Source: Candidatus Sumerlaeaceae bacterium
GTDB lineage: Bacteria > Sumerlaeota > Sumerlaeia > Sumerlaeales > Sumerlaeaceae
Direction: 5' to 3'
Length of the DNA: 64,000 nt
NCBI GenBank assembly: GCA_049968255.1
Contig: JBMFRB010000003.1
Span: 199,385-263,384, forward strand
The position numbers and the translations under genes were made by a program. Below are positions 19,839 to 31,600 of this stretch, one piece after another. The notes under the pieces are model-generated. The model had not been told where the DNA came from. It was given only the letters and a program-made list of their open reading frames with translations, and did no database searches. Within the stretch, counting starts at the first letter, position 1; each line of letters opens with the position of its first letter.

Positions 19839-20696
19839 ATGGACGAAAAAACAACGTGTGCTGCGAGCGATGAGCCAATAGGCTCGGCAGGTATGCGCAG
19901 GGACGACAAACTGTCGCTGAGGCGGGCTTTTGCATGGCAATCGCTGGTCTTCGCAATTGTCTATGCGGTACTAGTTCTCGTGCTCGGTGAGCGGCGCAAG
20001 TTTGAGGACGCTGTTTTGACCTGGGGCGACCAAATGCCCATCGTGGCCGTGTTGCGCGACGATGTGACCGAGAAGCAGGCAAACGCCTTGGTCGAAAAGC
20101 TGCGAAGCCAGGTCAAAGGGTTGCAATGCACGGTAATCGGACGACGCGAAGCACGCTCGCTGCTTGCGCTGCAGGAGCCATGGCTGCAGCACCTTCCGGA
20201 AACGCTCGTCGGTGAACTCCCCAGTGTGCTGGAACTGCGTCATCCGGCTTTGTTCCGCTCGGCACAAGAACTCGATGCGTTTTTGAGTTTTCTGCAGGCG
20301 CAGCGCGAGGTGGACTTTGTTGTCTTCAATTCCGTCGGTCACGACCGGGTGATCGAGGCCCTCTCCATGACTCGGCGCCACTTGAACGTCACACTGGCTG
20401 CAGTGACGGGTTCACTTATTATCTTGTTTGCTTTAGCGCATCATTTTGTGATTCGAAGCCGCCGTGCTTTGTCAATGGGGCGCAGGCTGGTGTTTGCCCT
20501 CGGGGTTTGGATTACAGGTGTGCTCGGAGGAGGCGCAGCGCTCTGGGCGATCGAGCAGTTCGCACTGAAAGCCGCCGAGTCGCCGCTTGGCCTCTTCCTT
20601 TCGGTGGGAGCCCCTACGAGTCTATTTCTCATTGCGTTGCTTGTGCTCCTCGAGTTGCTCGAGATGGGAGTGTGGGAAGACCGTGGGCGCGCGTAG
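19839..20696 (+). CDS. ftsX: FtsX-like cell-division ABC transporter permease
   Basis: N-terminal TM after a basic stretch (RRDDKLSLRRAFAWQSLVFAIVYAVLVLVL), large periplasmic loop, three C-terminal TM helices (LAAVTGSLIILFALAHHFV...). Start 19839 or 19893. Confidence 0.7.
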   Translation: MDEKTTCAASDEPIGSAGMRRDDKLSLRRAFAWQSLVFAIVYAVLVLVLGERRKFEDAVLTWGDQMPIVAVLRDDVTEKQANALVEKLRSQVKGLQCTVIGRREARSLLALQEPWLQHLPETLVGELPSVLELRHPALFRSAQELDAFLSFLQAQREVDFVVFNSVGHDRVIEALSMTRRHLNVTLAAVTGSLIILFALAHHFVIRSRRALSMGRRLVFALGVWITGVLGGGAALWAIEQFALKAAESPLGLFLSVGAPTSLFLIALLVLLELLEMGVWEDRGRA

Positions 20697-20739
20697 GCGA
20701 TACGCAACGAGAGACTTGGGCTGGATCGCCGGCGGAACA

Positions 20740-22059
20740 ATGGTCTTTGTCGTTTTCTTGATTGCGACAATTGGGGCGAGGCCCACTCCTGGTCCGCCTC
20801 CCTTGTCGGGCCGCAAACCGACACAGCAACACAAGGCGAAATCCGAGCCTCGCACTGAAAGAGCTGCGCCAACACCGCAGAGGAAACCCGCCAGCAAAAA
20901 GGCTGAAGCTGAAAGCAAGAGCTCTGCGGGATCTCAGGCAGGAAAGAGTACTAAATCGAAGGCCTGGTCCTCGGCTTCAAGCAAAACCGCGCCGGCTGCG
21001 CTGCGCCGTCATTCTTCTTCTGAACTCGGCGATCCTTCCGAACTTTCTTTTTTCTTTCGTGAATGGTGGAACATTGCTGAGGTGTCGATTGACTGGGACG
21101 CAGCGGCGGCCTGGCTGCAGCACAAGCAAGCAGAGACTGTGAAAAGGCTTGGGGGCATGCTCGCCGAAGTGAACGAACATTTTGAAAAGCGGCGCACCAA
21201 TGCGCAGCGGGCCACCTTGGCACTTTATCTGATGGGGCGGCTGCGCCAGCAAAGCGTAGCCATTCCCGCGCCACCGATCGGCTATCAGGCGGCTGCCCTT
21301 CGGCGCGCCGTGCTTGACGATGCCGCGGCGCTTGGGAACTATGCGGTACTCGAAGAGCATCTGCGCCTCAGCGAGGCGATGATCATAAACGAGGATTTCC
21401 GCACAAGTTCAGCGCTGCAACAACGGGCTGCACAGTTTGCGCCAGCTGACGGTGTCACCATGGCAAATATTGAGTGCGTGGAGCGCTGGAACACGTGGCT
21501 TCTGAGCTCGGTGGTGCCGCCCGAGCTCCCGGCGATTCTGTCCGATTATCGTAGCCTAGCGCAGGCTGAGCGCCAGCGTTTTTCGCTTCGTCAGCTTCCT
21601 CCGCCGCTTCCGGACGTGACACCATCGTATTGGCCGCTCGTGGGCGACGATGTGCCACTGCCAGTCGAGCCGCTGCCAACGCCGCGAGCGCATATCGCCA
21701 ATGAGGTCGCGCGTGTGCCCAAGCTAGAGGCCATCACGCTGCGTGTTGCGTCTGGCGGGGCCATCCATTGCGCGGCCGAGGGCATCGTGCGCTTCGCTGG
21801 CCAAATGCGCGGTCTTGATCACGTCGTCATCGTGGAGCACGTGGGCGGACGCCTTAGTGTTTATACCCTATTGGGGAACACTGTAGTATCCGAAGGTCAG
21901 CACGTGCGCGCGGGCGATGTCATTGGTATGGCCGCTGGCGTGCTAGGCGCGGGCGAGGCCGAGGTCTCATTCGAAGTGCGCGAAGGAGCCAAACCAGTAT
22001 CGCCGCGCGTTTTGCTCGGTGATCGCAATCCTGCTGACGTGCTGCTCCGCCCGAAGTGA
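20740..22059 (+). CDS. Peptidase M23/LytM-domain protein with degenerate active site (EnvC/NlpD-like activator)
   Basis: C-terminal LytM-like domain (GGAIHCAAEGIVRFAG...DHVVIVEHVGGRLSVYTLLGN...GDVIG). Catalytic HxxxD and final HxH are not conserved. N-terminal TM followed by a K/P/S/A-rich low-complexity linker. ATG at 20740. Confidence 0.65.
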   Translation: MVFVVFLIATIGARPTPGPPPLSGRKPTQQHKAKSEPRTERAAPTPQRKPASKKAEAESKSSAGSQAGKSTKSKAWSSASSKTAPAALRRHSSSELGDPSELSFFFREWWNIAEVSIDWDAAAAWLQHKQAETVKRLGGMLAEVNEHFEKRRTNAQRATLALYLMGRLRQQSVAIPAPPIGYQAAALRRAVLDDAAALGNYAVLEEHLRLSEAMIINEDFRTSSALQQRAAQFAPADGVTMANIECVERWNTWLLSSVVPPELPAILSDYRSLAQAERQRFSLRQLPPPLPDVTPSYWPLVGDDVPLPVEPLPTPRAHIANEVARVPKLEAITLRVASGGAIHCAAEGIVRFAGQMRGLDHVVIVEHVGGRLSVYTLLGNTVVSEGQHVRAGDVIGMAAGVLGAGEAEVSFEVREGAKPVSPRVLLGDRNPADVLLRPK

Positions 22060-22234
22060 CGGCGGCGCTTGCGGGGGCGCAAGCTGGTTCTGCGCCGCAG
22101 CGACATGCTCAGCGCATGCGCTCAGAACCTCGCAAGCTCGACGCGCGGGCTCTCTATTGCCGACGGAGCAGAGGCGTAAATCGCAAAATCGTTTTGAGTA
22201 GAAAACAGACTAGCAAACTAAGAGAGTTTCGATC

Positions 22235-23050
22235 GTGACAACACCAACGAACAGTCAGCACAAGGGCGAGCAGTTTCTCGGAAAAGTTCGTGACACACTG
22301 ACAGCCGCCGAGCGTGAGCTGCTTTTGGCTATCGACCCCATGAGACTGCCACAGCACGTGGCTATCATCATGGATGGCAATGGGCGCTGGGCACGGCAGC
22401 GCGGGTATCTCGACCGCATCCGTGGCCACGAGGCCGGGATCGAAAGTGTCCGAGTGACAGTGCGCGCATGCGGCGAACTAGGAGTGAGAGCGCTGACACT
22501 CTACGCATTCTCTGTCGAGAACTGGAAGCGCCCGAAACGCGAAATTGATGCACTCATGAACTTGCTCAAGCGCTTTCTCCGCGATGAAATCCCAGAGCTG
22601 AATGAAAACAATGTGCGGCTCGTGGCCTCGGGGCGACTTAGCGATTTGAGCCAGGATGTGCGGGCCGAGCTCGAACGCACCATGGCGGCAACAGCGCGCA
22701 ACTCCGGCCTTGTGCTCAATCTTGCCCTGAGCTATGGAGGGCGCACGGAAATCGTAGATGCGGTGCGCACCATCGTCGCGGAGGTTCTAGCACGTCGCCT
22801 TGCTCCTGAGGACATCACCGAATCGCTCTTTGCTCAGTATCTTTATCATCCCGAGCTCGGGGACCCCGATCTGCTCATTCGCACAAGCGGCGAAATGCGC
22901 GTGTCGAATTTTCTCTTGTGGCAAATTGCTTACGCCGAATTTTACGTAACACCGGTCCTGTGGCCGGATTTCCGTCGCGTCGATCTCTACCACGCAATCC
23001 TTGACTATCAGCGGCGTGAGCGACGTTTTGGGCAAGTGAAGGATGTCTGA
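22235..23050 (+). CDS. uppS: Undecaprenyl (isoprenyl) diphosphate synthase
   Basis: HVAIIMDGNGRWA, ENWKRP and ALSYGGR motifs. GTG start. Confidence 0.9.
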   Translation: MTTPTNSQHKGEQFLGKVRDTLTAAERELLLAIDPMRLPQHVAIIMDGNGRWARQRGYLDRIRGHEAGIESVRVTVRACGELGVRALTLYAFSVENWKRPKREIDALMNLLKRFLRDEIPELNENNVRLVASGRLSDLSQDVRAELERTMAATARNSGLVLNLALSYGGRTEIVDAVRTIVAEVLARRLAPEDITESLFAQYLYHPELGDPDLLIRTSGEMRVSNFLLWQIAYAEFYVTPVLWPDFRRVDLYHAILDYQRRERRFGQVKDV

Positions 23051-23900
23051 AATGGGGATGCAAAATAGTCGTGCTCGAATGGCACTGGCGCTTATCTGCG
23101 TTGTGCTGACGGCGTTGAGATTCGAGACGCTAGCGTGGGTGCTGCCGGCGCTGGGTCTTGTGCTGGCGTGGCTGGGATGCCACGAACTAGGGCATCTCAT
23201 GCGGCTAAAGGGTGTGGCGTTCTCTGTGCCGATGGCCTACGTGGCGACGACCGCGTGTTATGCCGCAGGCTTAGTGGCCTGCGATATTTTTCCGTGGCTG
23301 TTTTTGCCCCTGCTTGCCGGCGTCCTTGTGGGCGCGTTTGTCGCCCATCTGGCGCGTCAGTCCTTTGAGGGCACACTTGTTGGTGTGGGTGCGGTGCTGT
23401 TGCCTGCGCTTTATCTAGGATTCTCCCTCGCCTGTGGACTTCAGATCTTGCGCGTGGACCGCATGTACTTTCTCTTTGTTCTCGTCTGCGTGTGGGCGAT
23501 GGATTCCGCGGCATTCTATTTCGGGTGTGCGTATGGTCGGCACAAAATGGCCCCTCGCATTAGCCCCAAAAAATCCTGGGAGGGTGCGGCGGCAGCACTG
23601 GTTGCTTCGGTGGTCACAGCAATCGTTGCCAAGCCTATTCTTCAACTGGACCTGAGCTGGGTGAGTGTTGTGGCCTTGGGGATCATGTTCGCCATTGTCG
23701 GCCAGCTAGGCGATATGGCCGAGAGTGCGCTCAAGCGCGATGTTGGCGTGAAGGATTCGGGAGCAACTTTTGCCGGCCATGGCGGCACGCTCGATCGAAT
23801 AGATTCGCTTCTGTTTTGCTTCCTGGCATTTTACGTGTGGCTGTTGGTTACTGGGCACCTGCAACTTGGCGAGACGCACCCGATGGTTATGGCGGGATAA
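23043..23900 (+). CDS. cdsA: Phosphatidate cytidylyltransferase
   Basis: 285 aa, polytopic. C-terminal CdsA signature (SPKKSWEGAAAALVAS ... GDMAESALKRDVGVKDSG...GHGGTLDRIDSLLF). Overlaps the uppS stop by 8 nt. Confidence 0.87.
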   Translation: MSEMGMQNSRARMALALICVVLTALRFETLAWVLPALGLVLAWLGCHELGHLMRLKGVAFSVPMAYVATTACYAAGLVACDIFPWLFLPLLAGVLVGAFVAHLARQSFEGTLVGVGAVLLPALYLGFSLACGLQILRVDRMYFLFVLVCVWAMDSAAFYFGCAYGRHKMAPRISPKKSWEGAAAALVASVVTAIVAKPILQLDLSWVSVVALGIMFAIVGQLGDMAESALKRDVGVKDSGATFAGHGGTLDRIDSLLFCFLAFYVWLLVTGHLQLGETHPMVMAG

Positions 23901-23983
23901 AAGCAGCACTCGCGGAGCGCCACTCGATGCTGTAGCAAATTGTTGTTCCAACAAAACCACTCTCGCGGAGAAATAGAGAGAAG

Positions 23984-25054
23984 ATGTTCCAATTCGATGA
24001 AACTGGCGTTACTGCACGGCCGCTCACGCGCGAACACGTACGCGAGATCTATGAGTTGCCTTTGCCGGATTTAGCGTTCTGGGCGATGCGTGTGCACCGT
24101 GCTCATCACAATCCCCGCCATATTCAGCATTGCACTCTTGGCAATATCAAAGCGGGCGGATGCCCTGAGGATTGCGCTTATTGCCCGCAAAGCGCCCATT
24201 ACAAAACAGGCGTGCGCAATGAGCCACTAGCGGATGTGGCCTCTGTCGTCGAGCAAGCAAAAGCCGCAAAAGCTTTGGGTTCGACGCGTTTCTGCATGGG
24301 CGCAGCATGGCGAAACCCACGCAATGAGGCAGAGTTCGAACGCGTCCTGGAAATGATCCGTGCGGTGCGCGCGCTGGGCATGGAAGCATGTGTCACGCTG
24401 GGGATGCTCACAGCCGAACAAGCGCGCCGGCTCAAAGAGGCCGGCCTCACTGCCTATAATCACAATCTTGACACCTCGCCCGAGTTTTACCCGGAGATCA
24501 TCTCAACCCACACTTACGAGCAACGCCTCGAGACGTTGCGCCATGTGCGTGCAGCGGGAATCGAAATCTGCAGCGGCGGCATTATTGGTATGGGGGAAAG
24601 CCGCGCGGACCGCATCGGCCTATTGTGTGAGCTGGCAAACCTCGATCCCTATCCAGAGAGCGTGCCGATCAATGCTCTCGTGCCAGTGGAAGGAACGCCG
24701 CTTGCGGGCCGCCCCCCGGTGGATGCCATCGAAATGGTGCGTACCATCGCGACCGCACGCATCCTCATGCCACGTGCGCGGGTGCGCTTGGCTGCAGGGC
24801 GCACACGGATGACCGACGAAGCACAAGCTATGTGCTTTCTCATGGGCGCAAATTCGATATTCACTGGCGAAAGACTGCTCACCACGCCTAATCCTGGGCT
24901 CTCGCACGACGAGCAGCTCATGACGAAGCTCGGGCTCGAAAAAGAACCATCTCCCGTGGAGGTCCCGTCGCCTTTTGTGCCTCTCGTGGAGCTCGAGCAC
25001 AATGGCCATCATCGCAGCGCACCGCCGCAGCCTGTCGACGCCGGAAAGTCGTAA
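23984..25054 (+). CDS. bioB: Biotin synthase
   Basis: Radical SAM CxxxCxxC (GGCPEDCAYCPQS). BioB-specific motifs (GSTRFCMGAAWR, NHNLDTSPEFY, CSGGIIGMGE). Confidence 0.9.
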   Translation: MFQFDETGVTARPLTREHVREIYELPLPDLAFWAMRVHRAHHNPRHIQHCTLGNIKAGGCPEDCAYCPQSAHYKTGVRNEPLADVASVVEQAKAAKALGSTRFCMGAAWRNPRNEAEFERVLEMIRAVRALGMEACVTLGMLTAEQARRLKEAGLTAYNHNLDTSPEFYPEIISTHTYEQRLETLRHVRAAGIEICSGGIIGMGESRADRIGLLCELANLDPYPESVPINALVPVEGTPLAGRPPVDAIEMVRTIATARILMPRARVRLAAGRTRMTDEAQAMCFLMGANSIFTGERLLTTPNPGLSHDEQLMTKLGLEKEPSPVEVPSPFVPLVELEHNGHHRSAPPQPVDAGKS

Positions 25055-25157
25055 CTCCTCCCTGCGTTGGCGACATCGGCCTGTTTCTTGCTGTCTCTTG
25101 TCGCTGAATCGAAAGCGAAGAGTGTAGGTAAACGAACTAGCTAGACTTTTTCTATTT

Positions 25158-25517
25158 TTGCCGGACCGATCCATGCCAACGATTTTACTGCTCACGATCT
25201 CGAATATCTTTATGACCTTTGCCTGGTATGGGCATTTGCGTTTCCGCGAGATGCCGCTGTGGCAGGTTATCCCCACGAGTTGGGGCATTGCGTTCATCGA
25301 ATACCTTTTTATGGTCCCAGCGAACCGCCTAGGCGCCGAGGCCGGCTGGAGTGGCTTCCAGCTCAAAATTGTTCAGGAAGCGATCACCCTTGTCGTGTTT
25401 ACGTTTTTCGCTATATTTTACCTGGGAGAGAAACCATCGTGGAATAATCTCCTCGCTTTCGCGTGCATTTTTGCAGCGGTGGTACTCACCTTCGGCGGTC
25501 GTGTCGCGGCGCACTGA
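25158..25517 (+). CDS. Small DMT-like membrane protein (DUF486-like)
   Basis: 119 aa, 4 predicted TM helices. FMTFAWYGHLRF motif. Immediately upstream of the giant ORF on the same strand. Confidence 0.5.
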   Translation: MPDRSMPTILLLTISNIFMTFAWYGHLRFREMPLWQVIPTSWGIAFIEYLFMVPANRLGAEAGWSGFQLKIVQEAITLVVFTFFAIFYLGEKPSWNNLLAFACIFAAVVLTFGGRVAAH

Positions 25518-25604
25518 GCTTTTGCCTGCGCGTCTCACTCATTGACAAGGGGATGGGCATCGTTTTGAGTCCTATGCGCGAACTCGATTAGCGCAGGACT
25601 CGAG

Positions 25605-28600
25605 ATGGGCATTTATTCCGAAAAGGTTATTCGCGATCTCAACGAGCAGCTCGATCCGCGGGCTGTGCTCGAACTCATCAATTATCACTCGGACAAGTTG
25701 CAAGAAAGCGGCGAGACGTTACGCGGCTTTTGTCCCATTCATCGCGAAACGGTGTTCCGGACACTCATTATTGATAAGTCCAAGCGCACGTTTCGCTGCA
25801 TGTACAGCTTGTGCAAAGGCGCTGCGGGGGGCACGCTTGTCGAGCTCTACGCATTGGCGCAAGATATCCCGCTCGAAAAAGCGGTCGAGGAACTCGCAGG
25901 CCATTTCCAGATCGAAGTGCGAATGACCGCCGATCCTGAGTTTCTCGAAAAGCAGGCCGAAGTGGCGGAAAACTATCTCGAGCTCGGATTTTACGAAGAC
26001 GCGGAGAAGGTCCTCCGCGAGATTGTCGAAGCAGATTCAAATTACGAACGGGCCCATCGTGGTTTGCTTGAGGTCTACAAGCATCTCGGCAACACCGAAG
26101 CTCTGGGGGAGCATCATGGCATCCTGGCGCAGTTGCTCATCCAACGCGGTGAACGCTTAGCGGCCTATGAGCACGTCAAAGCCTGGGCCGAGTACCAGCC
26201 CGACGCACCCAAAGCGCATTATTTGTTAGCAGAATATCTTCGCGAGCAGGGCGACCTCGAAGCTGCACTCGAGGAATTCATGGCAGCGGCGGACCTCTAC
26301 GCTGCGAAGGAGGATTTTCAAGCGGCCATTGATGCGTACCGCCAAGCGGACTCCTTGCGTCTCGATGTCGTGGATGTCGTGCCCCATGTCCTGCAAATCT
26401 ACGAGCAGATGGGCAAGCCCACCGAGGCCGTGGCGTTTCTCAGCGAACGTGCCGAGGCGTCGCTACTTCACGCGGATTTTGCGCGCAGCGCCCAGCTTCT
26501 GGAACAGGCACTTGAGCTCGCACCTAACGACCCTTCGCTACGCGCGCGGCTTTGCGAGATTGCCATTTTGGCCGACACGGGCGGCGACTGGTTACCACGC
26601 GTTTTCGAGTGGGCGCAGTGGTTTGTCGAGTCCGGCATGCCTGAAAAAGCCGTGCAGGTCTACGAGCGCGTGCTGGGCGCGCAACCCACAAACGAGGAAG
26701 CCGTGGAGCGGCTTCGCGCGCTTTACGCAGCAATGGGAAGGACAGAAGACGCGCTTGGGTTGCGCGTGCGCGCCGCACGCGTGGCATTAGACGCAAAAGA
26801 ATTTGCGACAGCACGCAAGGAACTCCAAGCGATCCTTGAAGAGAAACCAGATCACGCCGCTGCCCTTGAGCTGCTCGCGGAGGTGAACCTAGCGGCTGGT
26901 CACCGCAAGGAAGCTGCGGACTGCCTGGCCAGGCTGGCGCGCGTGTGTGTCGCGAACCGCGATTTTTCTAAAGCGGTTTCGCAGATGGAGCGCGTTCTTA
27001 GCCTGGTGCCGGACGATCCCCGCTTCTTGCTCGATCGCGCGGAAATTCTGGAAAACTGGGCAAGCACAGGCAACGTCCGCGCGCGCCAGCAGGCAGTAGA
27101 GGCATTTGAAGCGCTCGGCGACCGTTATGCGCAGACAGATCCGCAAAAAGCGTGCGACATGTATCGGCGCTCCGAGGCTTGCGCTCCACCATCAGCGCAA
27201 TTACTGCTGAAGCAGGCACGCTGCCAGGCAAAGCTGAGGGCTTTCGATGCGGCGCGCGAATATCTCCAGCGCGCTTGCGACGAACTTGTCGCGGTAGGAC
27301 AGCCAGACGTCGCAGTCGAAGCAGCACGCGAAATCGCGGCAATGGCCCCGCACGATCATGGCCTCCAGCGTTATCTCATCGAGCTGCTTGAAGTGATCGG
27401 CCGCATTCCTGAAGCCGTCGAGGTGGCTATGCTGCAAGCGGACGCGGCCGCTCAACGAGCGGAAAAGGAGCGTGTGTTCGAGTACCTCAATTATGCACTC
27501 GCTCTGGACCCGGATCATATACCCGCCATTGAGGCTCTTGCGCTCCACTATCACGGCACAGGCGATATCGCCAGCTACTGCGACGTCTTACTGCGTCTGG
27601 CGAATGCGAACGAGCAGCGCGGCAATATCACAGGGGCCGTGGCTGCTTTGGAACGGGTGGTGGATGAGCGTCCCGAAGATGTGATGGCGCTGGGACGTCT
27701 GGCCAATCTGCACCTCAACCTTGGAAACGCCGCGAAGTCCCGCGCTTATCGGCTAGAATTGGCACAAATTCACCATCGGCGCGGAGCTCTGGAATCCGAG
27801 CGCGAGATACTGCGGGCGCTGCTGGAGGAGGATCCAGAGGAGGAAAATGTTCTGGCGGCCCTCATCGATTGCGAGTTTGGCCTGGGCAATCGCGAGCAAG
27901 CCTGTGCGCGTGCGGTCGAGCTGGCTCGCTTACAAATGAAGCGCGGTTTTGCAGCTCAGGCGCGTACCACGCTCGAGAAGGCGATCGCGAAAGAGCCCGA
28001 TGATCTCGGCGTGAATCGCCTGCTCTTTGAACTAGTGCGCCAACTCGGCAGCGCGCAGGAAACCGTCGAACGCGGCCTCCACCTTGTCGAGCTACTTCAG
28101 CTTTACGAGCAGTTGGACGACGCAGTCGCTGTTTTCGAGCAAACGACGGAGGCTGATCCAAACAACTTCGAGTTGTTTCGCAAGTATGTCGCGTTTTTGC
28201 GCGAGATTGGGCGCACAGAGGAAACGCTTGAAAAGCTCTTTGCCATCGCGCGGCGGCTGCGTGCAAGCGGCCAATTTGAAGAAGCAGAAAAAGCACTGCT
28301 CGAGATTGAGCAGTCACGTCCGCTGGACATACCCGAGCTCGAAGAAGCTCTCTCGCTCTACGAGCAGTGGGGCAAGCCCGAGCAGTTTGCACAGCGTGCC
28401 ATTGAGTTAGCGCGCACCTATGAAACGAGTGGCCAGGACAAAAAGACGTTGACTCTTCTGCGGCGCGCACTCAAGGTGACGAATGGTCATCCGGAGGTGC
28501 GACGCGAACTTGCGGAAGCTTATGCGCGGCAGGGGCGTCCGGCTGATGCGGTGCGCGAGCTTGTGCAACTGGCCGACGCCTTTGTTGGGGCTGGCAAGCG

Positions 28601-31600
28601 CGACGACGAACTTGAAACACTACGGCGCGCTGTGGCACTGGTGCCGACGGAACGCCAAGTGCGGTTGCGCCTAGTGAATGCTCTCATTGAGAGAGGCGAT
28701 CGTGAAGCGGCGGTCCTCCAGCTCGAGGATCTCGCAGCCGCACTCATGACGAGCAAAGACTATGAGAACGCGCTCGAAGTTCTCAACCGGATCATCGAAG
28801 AATTTCCCTCGCGCCTTGGCGCACGACGCATGCGGGCAGAGGTCTACTCCGCATTGGGCCAGAACAAGGCTGCGCAAGAGGATCTCAATGTCTTTTATGT
28901 GAAAAGTTTGCTCCGCCAGGCGGATGACTATCACACGAAAAACGATTTCACACGCGAGGCTGCTACCCTTCGCGAGGCTCTAAATATTATTCCATCAGAC
29001 GAAGAACTCCTGCGTCGCATTCGCTCAGTAGAGTTTGAGGCGGGCGAACTCGATCGGGCGTGCTCAACGACGCTCGAATTAGCTAAGCTTTTGACCTGTC
29101 AGAATCGTCCCGATGATGCGCTGGAACTGCTGCGCGAAACGCACACGCGGGTGCCAGACAACCTTGTCGTTGCTGAGCAGTTGTTCGAAACGCTTGCAGC
29201 GAGGCGTTTGAACGAGGAAGCCGCGATGCTGGGAGAGACGCTTGCCGAACTCTACCGTGCCGCTGGCGAGAGCGGCAAAGCCCTCGCTGCGTTCAGTAGG
29301 GCTGTGGATCTTGCCTCGGATAGCGAGCAGGCGCGCCTGCGCTTCGCCCAGTTCCTCGAGCGCGCCGGTGAAACCGCCCAAGCGGTGGCGACATATTTGG
29401 CCTTGGCACGGCAAGCCATTGAACGAAGCGATTTGAGTTTGGCTCAAGTGCACTACGAGCAAGCTTTGCGTATCGACCCATCGTGCGTGCCTGCGCATGA
29501 GGGAATGGCCGAAGTGGCGGCACGTCGCGGCAATCACCCAGAGCAAGCGGTGTGGCTACAAAAACTTGCCGAGATTTGGGTCGGCCAAAAGGCCACCGAA
29601 GAAGCCATCGACGCTTTGCGTCGCGCAATTTACGCAGACCCCAGGCGAATAGATCTGCGGCAGCATCTCATTGAGCTGCTGGAGAAAGCACAACGGCCAG
29701 CCGATGCTGTGGCAGAGCTTCATGCGCTGGCCGATGTGCTGACACAGGAAGGCCGCCAGGCCGAAGCGCTCGCGGCCGAAGAACGAGCTGTAGCCTTGTG
29801 CCCAAAAGATCCGAAGTCGGCTCGGCGTCTGGCGGAAATGCTTATCATGCTCAACGAAGTCGAGCGTGGTGTGAATGAGTTCGAACGGCTCAGCGGCCTG
29901 TATGCGGAGCTCGGCGAGTATCCGCAGGCGCTAGCTGTGCTCGAGGAAGCACAAACGCTTGCGCCGGCCCGCCTAAGCGTGCGCCGATTGAAAGCCGAGA
30001 TCTACGAGCGTATGGGCGAGACCGCCCAGGCTGAAGAGGAACGTCGCCAGTTCGAAGTGGCCAAATCGCTGCAGGAGGCAGAAGTCGCTCGCGAGCGCAA
30101 CGACTTCAAAGCTGAGAAGCGGGCGCTGCGCAAGGCACTCGAGGTGGCCCCTCAGGATGAAGGCGTGTGGCTTTTGCTCATTCGTTGTCATCGCGACCTC
30201 GGGGATACTCAGGCCGAGGTGGATGCGTATCTAAAATTGGCGGAAGTGCAGCGTGAGAAACACGGGCTCGAGAAGGCTATGGCCACACTCGAACAGGCGT
30301 ATGCCCAACAGCCGAATGAAGAGCGCCTTGTGCAGCGCCTGTTCGAGTTAGCGCGCGAGCGTCGCGACGACGTCGCCGTGCGCCGATATGGCGAGCGCCT
30401 CATCGAGCTAGCACAGAACAGGACGGACGCAGTCGAGCGCACCATCACGGTGTACGATGAGCTTCTGAGTTACGCTCCGCTGGATGCTGATCTCTATTTG
30501 GAAGCGGCTGATCATTGTGCTCGTGTGGCGCGTCCGGCCGAAGCGCTAGAGCGACTTCATCGGGGCGCGGACCTGTTCGCAGAGGCTGAGCGTTGGGCTG
30601 ATGCCGAGCGGCTTCTGCTGCGCACCCTCGAGATGAACCCCAAATCCACCGAAAGCCTTGCGCGATTGGTGCGTCTTTATGAGCGCGTGGGACGTACGGA
30701 TGAATTCGAGCGGCGGTTACTGGAACTGGCCAAAGCTTACGACGAAAACGGCGAGCGTCCCCATGCCATCGAGACCGTGCGCCGCCTCACACTCGTCTCT
30801 CCAGACAATGTCGAGGCGCGCCGGTACTTGGTACGTTTACTCGCTGCTGCGGAACAAAAACATGCAGCCATCGAGGAACAGCTCGCGCTAGTTTTCCTTC
30901 TTCGCCAGCAGGGAGCGCTTTCGGACGCCGTGGAGGCAGCACGCGATGCCGTGGCTATGAGCGAAGGCAGCGACCGTGCAAGGCGAGCTCTGGCCGAGTG
31001 CTTGTTGGCCGCTGGAAATACCGATGCAGCAAACGCAGAACTGGAGGATCTCGCAAAATCATGCGTCGAGCGAGGTGACCTGCAGGAGGCGTTGCAAGTG
31101 CTCGACGAAATCATTGAGCGCACCCCCCAGCGCATGAGCACTCGTGTCCTGCGTGCCGAAGTTTACGTGAAGCTCGGTCAGGCCGAACGGGCGCTCGAAG
31201 AGTATCGTCAGATATCAACCGCAGTAGCGGCTGGAGCCATGACCTCAGTGGCCGCACCGAGTGCACCCGCCATGCCCTCGCTGCAGATTGTGTCCGAATA
31301 CGATTTCGAGCATTTCGTTGTGGGGGCTAACAATAATTTCGCCTATGCGACCGCCCTTGCCGTGGCACGTGCCCCAGCGCAAGCCTATAATCCGCTGTTC
31401 ATTTATAGCGATGTGGGACTCGGCAAAACGCATCTTGTGAACGCCATCGCCAACCACATTCTTCGCGAGAACCCAAACGTCCGCATCATCTACACAAATT
31501 CGGAGGACTTTACGGCTGAAGTCGTCGAGGCTATCCAGACCAACACAATCAACCAATTCCGCGCGAAGTACAAATCCGTGGATCTCCTGATTGTGGACGA

